Translations under genes and position numbers: made by a program
NCBI GenBank assembly: GCA_934433485.1
Contig: CAKRZR010000008.1
Span: 23,342-87,341 of the forward strand
Length of the DNA stretch: 64,000 bases
Reading direction: 5' to 3'
Source: an uncultured Eubacteriales bacterium
GTDB lineage: Bacteria > Bacillota > Clostridia > Oscillospirales > CAG-272
Shown here: piece after piece, positions 28,014 to 36,775 of the stretch
Layout of the letters: every line of letters starts with the position of its first letter
Position numbering within the stretch: position 1 is the stretch's first letter
The notes under the pieces: model-generated
The model's database searches: none
What the model was told of the DNA's origin: nothing
The model's input: only the letters and a program-made list of their open reading frames with translations

Positions 28014-29006
28014 TCACTCCCCGCGTAAGATCGAGCGAACGACGTAGTAGACGGGCTTCGGGTTGCAGTCCGCGTCCGTCAAACCCCAGTAGCATTCGGC
28101 GGGACAGTTTTCCTGTCCGCATTGCCAGCAGCGGCGCGCGTCCGAGAAGCAGAAGAGGAAATTGCCGAGCACGTGCGGGTGACTGCGGAAGATCGCGAGC
28201 CCGCGCCGGAAATAGTCCGCCTGCACCGCTTCCGTGTGCCCGCCCGGCATCTCGTTGTACCACGCCTTGTTATAGCACACCGCGTTCCGGTTCGGCGGCA
28301 GTACGGCGGGGATCGCCGATACCGGCAGCGTCTCGCCGCGGCTGGAATAGCCCCATTCGTTCACAAGGATCGGCAGCCCGAACGCCGCCCACATATCGTC
28401 GAGCACGCCAACCCAGTCCTCGACCGCACCACCCTGCCAGGAGCCGAAATACTGATCGTCGCCCACATAGCCAAACGGATGCGCACCGGAGAACAGCAGC
28501 TCGCCCACCGCACGGCTCTCCGGCCGCCATGACGCGAAATTCGTGCCGCATACCGCCGCCGGGTTTTCGTCCAAGATCCCGTATGCCGACTGCCGGCACG
28601 TCTCCGCACAGATCGCAAGCGGTACGTCCCCGGAAAACGTCGGTATGTCCAGCTCATTCATGCACTGCCACAGCGACGGCGCGAGCGGACCGAGATCCGC
28701 TGCCATAAACCGCGTCGTCCGCCGTACCGCGTCGTAAAAGCCCGGCGTACCGTAGGTCCCGCAGATCGACTCCGGATAGTCTAAGATCGTGGGCGTGGAG
28801 GGCATGACGGACAATCCCGCCTCCGCCGCCTCCCGGATCGCCGCCTTTACCGATTCCCACCGGGGAGAGATCGTGCCGTCCAGTCTGTCCGTCCACGGAA
28901 ACGGCACGTTCAGTCGGATCCAGTCGATCCCCAGATCACGCACCATGTCGTACCGCTTCTCCGGCGTGTACGCGTATACAATTCCCTGTACCTTTTCCAT
29001 TCGCAT
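28014..29006 (-). CDS. clan GH-A-like TIM-barrel glycoside hydrolase (family not assigned) with a Cys-rich C-terminus
   Basis: ILVNEWGY (the N-E acid/base signature of clan GH-A). Barrel-like alternation. No signal peptide. C-terminal CFSDARRCWQCGQENCPAECYWGLTDADC. Confidence 0.7.
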   Translation of the reverse strand: MRMEKVQGIVYAYTPEKRYDMVRDLGIDWIRLNVPFPWTDRLDGTISPRWESVKAAIREAAEAGLSVMPSTPTILDYPESICGTYGTPGFYDAVRRTTRFMAADLGPLAPSLWQCMNELDIPTFSGDVPLAICAETCRQSAYGILDENPAAVCGTNFASWRPESRAVGELLFSGAHPFGYVGDDQYFGSWQGGAVEDWVGVLDDMWAAFGLPILVNEWGYSSRGETLPVSAIPAVLPPNRNAVCYNKAWYNEMPGGHTEAVQADYFRRGLAIFRSHPHVLGNFLFCFSDARRCWQCGQENCPAECYWGLTDADCNPKPVYYVVRSILRGE

Positions 29007-29102
29007 ACTCCTTTCCTTTTTTTCTTCGCGCCGCGCCGTTTTTTGCCGCCGATGGCTTATCCACGGCGCTTCTCCGGCACGGCATTGTTTTTTCCAGGGA
29101 TG

Positions 29103-29179
29103 CTCTGAATAAATCGGGTTTTTGCGATAAAAGGCTGAAATATAAGGGCTTTTATCGCAAAAACAACCTTAAATCAGAG
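29103..29179 (+). repeat. 77-bp palindromic element R2, copy ii
   Basis: CTCTGAATAAATCGGGTTTTTGCGATAAAAGGC-TGAAATATAA-GGGCTTTTATCGCAAAAACAACCTTAAATCAGAG, between the SBP3 stop and the GH-A-like start. Confidence 0.85.
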
Positions 29180-29188
29180 TTTCCCTAG

Positions 29189-30661
29189 TTACTGTGCCAC
29201 AACGCCGCCCGCGTCTGTGATGGCTTTTTCAATGGCGGGGAGCTTCTTTTCGACCCGGGAGGCATAATCGGTCCGGCTGCCCATCAGATAGGGCGAGAGA
29301 ATGCCGTCCTTGATCGCGTCGTTGAACATCGTCGCACCCAGATCGTAATAAATGTTCTCAAGGATAAGGTCGAGCATCTGCGCCGATACGCTGTCGCGGC
29401 TGACCTTCTGCTTCAGCGTCGTTTCATAATACGCCGGAATCACGTCGCGGTAGGAAAGATAGTGCATCATCTCCAGCACGGCACCCACCAGCTCCGTATC
29501 CTTTACCACCGCCGGTACCGTCGTGATCCGGCTGCCCGCCTCCGCCACAGAACCGTATCGCTCCTGCGCCTCGTCAAACTTCGGGAACGGAATGATACCG
29601 AAATCCGACGCCATATCGCGCAGCAGGCAAGCCGAGTAGAACGTGTGATCCGCGAACAGCGCCTGATCGTCCTGGAAATACGTGTCCGTCAGGTAGTAGT
29701 TGTTCGAGCTTTCCGATTTCGTGTACCAGAAGCCCGTCTCCCAGACCGTGTTCGCCACCTTTTCGCATACGTCCGCGATCCGTGTGTCCGCAAGCAGCTC
29801 GATCTTCGCACCGTCCGCGGTTCGCTCGATGGTACGGCACCGCGCCGCGGTCACAAAGTTCATAAGCAGCATATTCGATCCGCCGACGTAGCCGTAGATG
29901 TCCTCTGTCCCGAACGCGCCGTCGCCGTTCACATCCTGAATCGCCGCGCGCGCCATCTCCGCGAATTTGTCGAACGTCCAACCGCCGGAGAGCACCAGCT
30001 CGTACGGATCGGCAAGCCCTAAATTGGTCGCCATGTGCTTGTTGAAAAGGAGCACATGCGTCAGATCGTAGAAGCCAAGGTTCGCGCTGCCGTAGGTGAT
30101 GTACCGCGCGTCGCCAAAGTTGATCGTATCGTTCACCTCTCCCATCCACCACGGCTTGTCAAGCTGTACGCCGGGTAAAGTTTTCGCGTCTGTAAAATAT
30201 CCCTCCTGCGCCATCGTAAACGCACGACGTTCCAATAGCATCGCAAGGTCATACGTCGTGTCGCCAGCCTGTACCGCGTTTATAAACACCGTCGCCGCGC
30301 CGAACGCGTCCGATTCCACGTTGTCCGCCGCGAACACAATGTTGAACTTATCCTCGATCGCCTTGCTTCGGTTGTACAAAGCGTCGTTCAGGATATCGCC
30401 GGTGAGCTCCGTGACTGTGAACAGGTAGTGCTGCGTCCCCGATTGGCTCGTTGTGATCTGGAACGTCGCGCCGCCGAAATCGCGGTCCGCCACCGGATCC
30501 GCCTCCTCGGTTTCCGTTTTCGCGACCGTTTCCGTGTCCGCGCTTCCTGCCGTGTCCGCGCCGCTCGTCTGGCGCTCCGTTTCCACAGTTTCGCCGCCGC
30601 AGCCCGCCAAAATCGCCGCCAACAGCAGCACGGCAATGGTCTTTTTCGTTTTTCCAAACAT
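29189..30661 (-). CDS. ABC-type extracellular solute-binding lipoprotein (LplA-like), paralog 3 of 6
   Basis: AAGGAGGA RBS. MFGKTKKTIAVLLLAAILAGC lipobox. Motifs DVNGDGA, FGIIPFPKFDEAQ, YYETTLKQKVSRD. Confidence 0.9.
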   Translation of the reverse strand: MFGKTKKTIAVLLLAAILAGCGGETVETERQTSGADTAGSADTETVAKTETEEADPVADRDFGGATFQITTSQSGTQHYLFTVTELTGDILNDALYNRSKAIEDKFNIVFAADNVESDAFGAATVFINAVQAGDTTYDLAMLLERRAFTMAQEGYFTDAKTLPGVQLDKPWWMGEVNDTINFGDARYITYGSANLGFYDLTHVLLFNKHMATNLGLADPYELVLSGGWTFDKFAEMARAAIQDVNGDGAFGTEDIYGYVGGSNMLLMNFVTAARCRTIERTADGAKIELLADTRIADVCEKVANTVWETGFWYTKSESSNNYYLTDTYFQDDQALFADHTFYSACLLRDMASDFGIIPFPKFDEAQERYGSVAEAGSRITTVPAVVKDTELVGAVLEMMHYLSYRDVIPAYYETTLKQKVSRDSVSAQMLDLILENIYYDLGATMFNDAIKDGILSPYLMGSRTDYASRVEKKLPAIEKAITDAGGVVAQ

Positions 30662-30897
30662 TTTTTGTCCTCCTTCTCGGCAAAAAAATGTGCTTTTCCA
30701 TAGTATACACGACCGTGCGTCGTTTTGCAAGCATTTTTTGCGAGATTTTAACACTTTATTTCACAAAAGCCCTTGCAAGTCCGCCGCGCGGTGTGCTATA
30801 ATAATGCCATGCAATAACAAGGAAAGGAATCGCAGGCAACGGGGAACAGAGAAGCACGGCTTCGCCGTTTTCGGAGAACTGCGAACCGCATAAAGCT

Positions 30898-31233
30898 ATG
30901 GCACAGCCGAAAAGAGATAAAAAAAAGGACTACCTGTTTCAGGCGATCCTGACCCTCAAAACCGTGGACGACTGCTACAATTTCTTTGAAGATCTCTGCA
31001 CCATCAAGGAAGTGGAGGAAATGGCAAAGCGGATGTGCGGCGCGAAAATGCTGTCGGACAACAAGATCTACACGGAGATCACCGAGGCGACCGGGCTGTC
31101 CACCGCCACCATCAGCCGGATCAACCGCTCCCTCCGCTACGGCACGGACGGCTACAGCGCGGTGCTCGAACGACTGGGCGATACTCCGGCTCCGTACGAC
31201 ACCGCCGACGACAAAACCGGGGAGGACGCGTGA
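30898..31233 (+). CDS. yerC: TrpR-like YerC/YecD family protein
   Basis: LFQAILTLKTVDDCYNFFEDLCTIKEVEEMAKR...ATGLSTATISRINRSLRYG is the characteristic YerC/YecD sequence. Confidence 0.9.
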   Translation: MAQPKRDKKKDYLFQAILTLKTVDDCYNFFEDLCTIKEVEEMAKRMCGAKMLSDNKIYTEITEATGLSTATISRINRSLRYGTDGYSAVLERLGDTPAPYDTADDKTGEDA

Positions 31234-32006
31234 TGGCTGCATTCGCATCGGACGGATACGCCGCGCTCGCTCCCGTGTACGACCGGCTGAACGACGACAT
31301 CGACTACGGCGCGTGGGCGGACTATATCGCCGGGCGGTTTGCGAAAGAATTCCGCGGCGAGGACAAGCCTACCCTGCTATTGGAGCTGGGCTGCGGCACC
31401 GGTTCCATGACGCGGGAGCTGTGCCGGCGCGGATTTGATATGACCGCGCTCGATATCTCCGAGGATATGCTCTCCGTCGCGGAGGAAAGGCTGCGGGACG
31501 AGGGCATTGAAAATGTTCTCTGGCTCCACGAGAGCATGGCGGATTTTGAGCTGTACGGCACCGTGGACGGCGTGGTCTGTTGCCTCGATGGGATCAACCA
31601 CCTCACCGGTCGGGACGAGCTTGCCGACTGCTTCCACCTCGTCGCGCAGTACCTCAATCCCGGCGGACTCTTTCTCTTCGACGTCAACACGCCCGAAAAA
31701 TTCCGTACCAAATACGCCGACAACGACTATCTCCTGGAGCGGGACGGCGCGGTGCTGTGCTGGTCGAACCGGCTGAACAAAAAGGGCGACGTGTGCGACT
31801 TTCTTCTCACCGTGTTCGAGGAGCAGCCCTCCGGTCTATACAAACGCACCGACGGCGTCACCCGCGAACGCTGCTACGGTCTGCGCGCCCTGCAGAACCA
31901 CGCCAAAGCCGCCGGTCTCACCTGGGTTTCCTGCCACGGCGCACTCGACGGAAGCGAACCGGGCGAGGAATGCGAGCGGTGGTACGTCACGCTGCGAAAG
32001 GAATGA
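31233..32006 (+). CDS. class I SAM-dependent methyltransferase
   Basis: Its ATG overlaps the yerC stop (TGATG). SAM motif LLELGCGTGSMT. About 257 aa. Confidence 0.88.
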   Translation: MAAFASDGYAALAPVYDRLNDDIDYGAWADYIAGRFAKEFRGEDKPTLLLELGCGTGSMTRELCRRGFDMTALDISEDMLSVAEERLRDEGIENVLWLHESMADFELYGTVDGVVCCLDGINHLTGRDELADCFHLVAQYLNPGGLFLFDVNTPEKFRTKYADNDYLLERDGAVLCWSNRLNKKGDVCDFLLTVFEEQPSGLYKRTDGVTRERCYGLRALQNHAKAAGLTWVSCHGALDGSEPGEECERWYVTLRKE

Positions 32007-32027
32007 GGGGGAGAATAACGACAAAGC

Positions 32028-32075
32028 AAAACCTCAAAGGTGATATGTACGTTTCCTTTGAGGTTTTCTTTTTAC
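32028..32075 (+). terminator. intrinsic terminator
   Basis: AAACCTCAAAGG (32028-32040) / CCTTTGAGGTTT (32055-32066), a perfect 11-12-bp stem followed by a T-run. Confidence 0.75.
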
Positions 32076-32086
32076 TTTTTTCTGCC

Positions 32087-32347
32087 TTACTGTATTTCCC
32101 GCAGCTTTTCCATGTTATTGCGCAGTCTGGTGTCTTGTGATGAGCGCAGGGATTCCAGTTTTGACGCCACATCCGTCGAGCCCTTTGTGAACAGAGTCCT
32201 CATCTGCATCGTAATATCATGCGAAAACAGAATATCACTGCTTTTGGGAAGCTGCATGGCACGGCTTATCTCAGATACACCAACACTCTTTCCCTCCAAT
32301 GCCACAAAATACTCCAAAATTTCCAGTGTTCTTCCCGAAGACTTATT
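32087..32347 (-). pseudogene. possible remnant of an IclR-type regulator (HTH only), in a low-GC island
   Basis: GRTLEILEYFVALEGKSVGVSEISRAMQLPKSS matches the IclR N-terminal HTH pattern. The sequence then diverges and ends after about 86 aa. AT-rich. Confidence 0.35.
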
Positions 32348-32659
32348 CATAGCTCTCCACCGTTCACATTTGTGAACATCGTTCTGTTTTTTACATGGAT
32401 AGTATATCACAATCAATGATGTTTGGCAACACTTTCTTTATCATTTTTGCACCAATTATTCTCACATTGACAAATGTAGTTTGGCGCGTCACAAATAATA
32501 AACTTCCATTTCCAGGATTCCAAAATATTTTGTAGAAGGCTTTTTTCGGCTTTGCAACGAACACCCAGTTTCTTTTCATCTTATTTTTGCTTCAACAGAT
32601 CCCACACGTCTCATATACCTCATTCCTGTCAGATCCCATTTCCTCCTCCTGACAAGAAC

Positions 32660-32708
32660 CACAAAAACCGCCCGCTCCATGGACTGCACGATCCACAGAG
32701 CGGGCGGT
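32660..32708 (-). terminator. intrinsic terminator of the CBM-like surface protein gene
   Basis: Perfect 11-bp stem ACCGCCCGCTC (32667-32677) / GAGCGGGCGGT (32698-32708), with a U-run on the minus strand (A-run 32662-32666). Confidence 0.7.
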
Positions 32709-32725
32709 GTTATGCTGTTTTTGGC

Positions 32726-33412
32726 TTAGTGCTTCTTGGAGACCACGTATGCGGCGCCTGCGGAGAGAAGGAGAACCAGCGCGGAGACGGCGAAGTCAGC
32801 GGTCTTCGGTGCTTCTACAACTTCCGTGGCTGCGGCGGTATCCACAACCTCTGCTTCGGTTTCGGCAGCGACTTCTTTTACGAAGATCACTTCCACGTAG
32901 TCGGCGTTGACGCTCTTGACCACGTCGCCTGCGTTCGCGTCACGGTTGAAGTCCTCAGAGGTGGTGACGGCGATGACGTGCTTGCCCGCTTCCAGGGTGA
33001 TGGTCAGCTCGTAGGTGCGGAATTCTTCACCGTACAGCTCCGGCAGCTCGTCCATGTTGATCTCGACCTCGTAGCGTTCGCCGTCCACGAGGATGTCCGC
33101 CTTCTTGGTGTCGCCGGCGTTGGTATCGTAGCGGAACGCGATCTTGTATACGCCGGTCTTTTCAAGGTTGATCTCCGGGAACGTAACGGTGGACGCCATC
33201 TGGGGCGCGTCGTTGGTACCGCCCAGACCGACGATCTTGCCGCCGGAGGCGATGGTAACGTCCTGGATGTTGCCGTCCTTGTATTCCTTGGCGGCGCCGG
33301 TAATTTCACCGTCTTCGCATTCGAAGTGGTAGAGCACGTCCTCCGCGCTGACAGCAACGCAGAGCGTGAGCAGAAGCACCGCACACAGTACGGCAGAGAG
33401 AAGCTTTTTCAT
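32726..33412 (-). CDS. secreted carbohydrate-binding-module-like protein with a C-terminal membrane anchor
   Basis: Signal peptide MKKLLSAVLCAVLLLTLCVAVSA. ~150-aa beta-sandwich-like domain (YHFECEDGEITG...VYKIAFRYDT...). Acidic linker AAETEAEVVD. C-terminal TM FAVSALVLLLSAGAAYVV then SKKH. CBM6/35-like is a guess. Confidence 0.75.
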   Translation of the reverse strand: MKKLLSAVLCAVLLLTLCVAVSAEDVLYHFECEDGEITGAAKEYKDGNIQDVTIASGGKIVGLGGTNDAPQMASTVTFPEINLEKTGVYKIAFRYDTNAGDTKKADILVDGERYEVEINMDELPELYGEEFRTYELTITLEAGKHVIAVTTSEDFNRDANAGDVVKSVNADYVEVIFVKEVAAETEAEVVDTAAATEVVEAPKTADFAVSALVLLLSAGAAYVVSKKH

Positions 33413-33674
33413 TGTCATAGTCCTTTCGTTTTGCGCATGTGGATGGATTTCGCGCCCGCCCGTGCACAGCGAACACAGTTTGTATGGTAGGAAAAGTATA
33501 GCACCTTTTCGCGGATTTGTCAAGGATTTTACGAATATTTTTCACAGTTCCGTCATGTTTTTTCTAAAAACCTTTGTAATGAAAATTTCCATAAAATTCA
33601 CCGTTCCGCTTCCCGCGCGCCATGGATGTGTGGTATACTATAAGGAAGAAATCCGCTATAAAGGAGGCTCCTCT

Positions 33675-35150
33675 ATGAAAAAGTATCTCTTAGCCCTCGA
33701 CGCGGGCACCACAAGCGCACGGGCGATCCTCTTTGACCGCGCCGGCTGCGTCATAGCCATGGCGAATCAGGCGATCCGGCAGATCTATCCCAAGCCCGGC
33801 TGGGTCGAGCAGGATCCGATGGACATTTACGCCGCGGAAATGGCGGCGCTGACCGAATGCGTTGCAAAAAGCGGGATCGATCCATGCGAGATCGCCGCGG
33901 CGGGAATCACGAATCAAAGAGAAACCGCGGTGCTGTGGGACAGAGAAACCGGTATCCCCGTCGCGCCAGCGATCGTCTGGCAGTGCCGGCGCACCGCGGA
34001 TCGCTGCGCGGAGCTGTATGCCGGCGGCTATGACAAAAGGATCCGCGCGAAAACGGGACTGCGCCCGGACGCGTATTTTTCCGCTACCAAATGGGAATGG
34101 ATCCTCCGTACGCGTCCCGATCTGCGGCAGCGCGCGGAAAACGGGGAGCTGGCTGCCGGCACCGTCGATAGCTGGCTCGCCTGGAAGCTCACGGACGGCT
34201 GGCTCCACGTCACCGACCGCACCAACGCCGCGCGCACCATGCTTTATAACATCCACACCGACTCGTGGGACGACGAGCTGCTTGCCCTGTTCGACATCCC
34301 GCGGTGCATTCTGCCCGAGGTACGCTCGTCCGGGGAAGTTTATGGGGAGATTTCCGTGCTGGGTACGCCGGTGCCGCTTGCCGGGATCGCGGGGGATCAG
34401 CAGTCCGCCCTGTTCGGTCACCGCTGCTTTGCGCCCGGAGACGCGAAAAACACCTACGGCACCGGCTGCTTCCTGCTCATGCACACCGGAGAGACCGCCG
34501 TGGACAGTGCTGCCGGACTGCTCACCACCGTCGCTGCGGGAGAAGCGGGCAGACCCATCGAATACGCCTTAGAGGGCAGCGTCTTTGTCGGCGGGGCAGT
34601 GATCCAGTGGCTGCGGGACGAAATGCGCTTTTTTGACCATGCCGCGCAGTCGGAGGCGTTGGCGAAAAGCGTACCCGACACAGGCGGGGTGTACATTGTA
34701 CCGGCGTTCACGGGACTGGGCGCGCCGTACTGGGATGCGCACGCCAGAGGGACGATCACGGGGCTGACCCGCGGTTCCGGCAGAGCGCACATTGTCCGCG
34801 CCGCGCTGGAATCGATCGCCTACCAGACCGAGGACGTGCTCTCCGCCATGTGCGCGGATGTGGGACGGACGATCCCCGCGCTGCGCGTAGACGGCGGTGC
34901 GTCCGCGAATGATTTTCTGATGCAGTTCCAGTCCGATCTCTCCGGCGTACCCGTCCTGCGCCCGCAGATCACGGAAGCAACCGCGTGGGGCGCCGCCTGT
35001 CTCGCCGGATTGGGCGTCGGTTTCTACAGCACACGGGACGAAATACCAGAAAACGAGATCGCCGCGCGGTTTCTGCCGCAATTCGACGCCGCGGAACGAG
35101 AAAAGCGGATGTCCGGCTGGAAACGGGCGATCGCGGCAACACGCATATAA
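33675..35150 (+). CDS. glpK: glycerol kinase
   Basis: AAGGAGG RBS. MKKYLLALDAGTTSARAILFD. GWVEQDP, GITNQRET and GDQQSALFG motifs. The ORF-track 5' extension from 33366 is spurious. Confidence 0.97.
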   Translation: MKKYLLALDAGTTSARAILFDRAGCVIAMANQAIRQIYPKPGWVEQDPMDIYAAEMAALTECVAKSGIDPCEIAAAGITNQRETAVLWDRETGIPVAPAIVWQCRRTADRCAELYAGGYDKRIRAKTGLRPDAYFSATKWEWILRTRPDLRQRAENGELAAGTVDSWLAWKLTDGWLHVTDRTNAARTMLYNIHTDSWDDELLALFDIPRCILPEVRSSGEVYGEISVLGTPVPLAGIAGDQQSALFGHRCFAPGDAKNTYGTGCFLLMHTGETAVDSAAGLLTTVAAGEAGRPIEYALEGSVFVGGAVIQWLRDEMRFFDHAAQSEALAKSVPDTGGVYIVPAFTGLGAPYWDAHARGTITGLTRGSGRAHIVRAALESIAYQTEDVLSAMCADVGRTIPALRVDGGASANDFLMQFQSDLSGVPVLRPQITEATAWGAACLAGLGVGFYSTRDEIPENEIAARFLPQFDAAEREKRMSGWKRAIAATRI

Positions 35151-35185
35151 TAAGCACGCATACAATCAGAATGAGGTAAACTGCA

Positions 35186-36124
35186 ATGTCCTACATTTCT
35201 CTCTCCATCCCTTCCACGGACGGCGTACACCGGATCGCCGCGCGGGTCTATCTGCCGTCCCCTGAAACGGCCGTGGTCGGGTATTTTCAGGTGGTGCACG
35301 GCATGGCGGAGCACATCGGACGATACGACCGTTTTTTCTCCGACCTTGCATCTCGCGGCTTTATCGCGTTCGGACACGACCATCTCGGGCACGGGCACAC
35401 GGTATCCGACGCGGCGGAGCTGGGGCATATCGCGGACAAGGGCGGCTGGCGGCTTTTGGCGGACGACGTGGCGGCGGTGCGCAAGCATGTGATGGCGACG
35501 TATCCGGCAAAGGTGCCGTACGTGCTCCTGGGACACAGCATGGGTTCCTTCGTTGTGCGCACCGCGTCTGTGCTCCACGGGAAACCGGACGGGCTGGTCG
35601 TGATGGGCACCGGCGGACCGAATCCCCTCTCCGGGATCGGACTGCAGGTGATCCGGCTCGTGAAGGCGCTGCGCGGCGGGAAATACCGCTCGGCGTTTCT
35701 CGAAAAGCTGACGTTCGGCGCGTACGACGGAGGATTCCCCAGGGATGACACAGGCGGCACTTTGTGGCTCAGCGCGGATGGCGCCAACCGTGCGGCGTAC
35801 CGGGACGATCCGCTGTGCGGGTTCCGTTTTTCCGCCGCCGCCATGGAGGATCTCGTCCGGCTCCAGCGGTTCGCGAACAGCAAACGCTTCTTCAACGGCA
35901 TGGGCGGCACACCGGTGCTGCTCGTATCCGGCGGCGACGATCCGGTCGGCGGGCACGGGCGCGGGGTCACTGCCGTATACAATAAGCTGCGCAAAGCGGG
36001 CACGCCGGTAGAAGTGAAGCTGTACAGCGGTCTGCGCCACGAGATTCTGAACGAGGGTGCGGCGTACGGCGAGATCACCGGGGATATTTTGGACTTCGCC
36101 CTGCGCGTCTGCGAAAAAAACTGA
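35186..36124 (+). CDS. alpha/beta hydrolase (lysophospholipase/monoacylglycerol lipase-like)
   Basis: Nucleophile elbow GHSMGS. HGMAEH motif near the N-terminus, as in the monoglyceride lipase family. Adjacent to glpK. Confidence 0.85.
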   Translation: MSYISLSIPSTDGVHRIAARVYLPSPETAVVGYFQVVHGMAEHIGRYDRFFSDLASRGFIAFGHDHLGHGHTVSDAAELGHIADKGGWRLLADDVAAVRKHVMATYPAKVPYVLLGHSMGSFVVRTASVLHGKPDGLVVMGTGGPNPLSGIGLQVIRLVKALRGGKYRSAFLEKLTFGAYDGGFPRDDTGGTLWLSADGANRAAYRDDPLCGFRFSAAAMEDLVRLQRFANSKRFFNGMGGTPVLLVSGGDDPVGGHGRGVTAVYNKLRKAGTPVEVKLYSGLRHEILNEGAAYGEITGDILDFALRVCEKN

Positions 36125-36247
36125 AAAACGGGTTAGGGATCCGCGTGCCGCCGCTGCTTATGGTAAGGGAACGCGGATCTCTTATTGGAGATACGGTGAA
36201 TCAACCGTAAATCAGTGTTTTCAGAATCCGCTGCGAGGGGAGGAGCT

Positions 36248-36775
36248 ATGGAATCCATTGACGATGTTATGACCCGATACATGCGGTACGTGTACGCCGT
36301 TGTTTCCGGGATCCTTGGCGCGGGCCATGGCAGGGACGCGGAGGAAGTGGTCGCCGACACCTTTGTCGCGTACTGGCGCACGGAGCGGTATGAGGACTCC
36401 GACGAGGGTACGCGCGCCCTGCTTGGTACGATCGCGCGCCACCTTGCCCTCAACCGAAAGGCGCAGCTGCGTCGGCGGGAGTCCGTGAACCTGCCCATGC
36501 CGGAGGACGCGGAAACGCTCGTTGCCGATGGCAGGGATACGGAATCCGCCGCTTTTGCCGCCGCGGACGCAGAGATGCTGGAAAACTGCATCCGTGCCCT
36601 GTGCGCGGAGGATCGCGATATCTTCCTGCGGAAATACTATAAGGAAGAGACCGTCGCGGAGATCGCGCGCGCGTACCGAAAGAAGCCGAAGGATATCGAG
36701 AACCGGCTATACCGGATACGCAAAACGATGCGGAAGATGTTGGAAACACAGTACGGAAAGGAGAATGTGTTATGA
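36248..36775 (+). CDS. ECF-type RNA polymerase sigma-70 family factor
   Basis: GGGGAGGAG RBS. Region 2 (EEVVADTFVAYWR) and region 4 HTH (ETVAEIARAYRKKPKDIENRLYRIRKTMRKML). Confidence 0.88.
   Translation: MESIDDVMTRYMRYVYAVVSGILGAGHGRDAEEVVADTFVAYWRTERYEDSDEGTRALLGTIARHLALNRKAQLRRRESVNLPMPEDAETLVADGRDTESAAFAAADAEMLENCIRALCAEDRDIFLRKYYKEETVAEIARAYRKKPKDIENRLYRIRKTMRKMLETQYGKENVL

Noticed and set aside
31035-31232. N-terminal extension of the methyltransferase ORF
   Set aside because: It overlaps the yerC coding frame. The methyltransferase starts at the ATG overlapping the yerC stop (31233).
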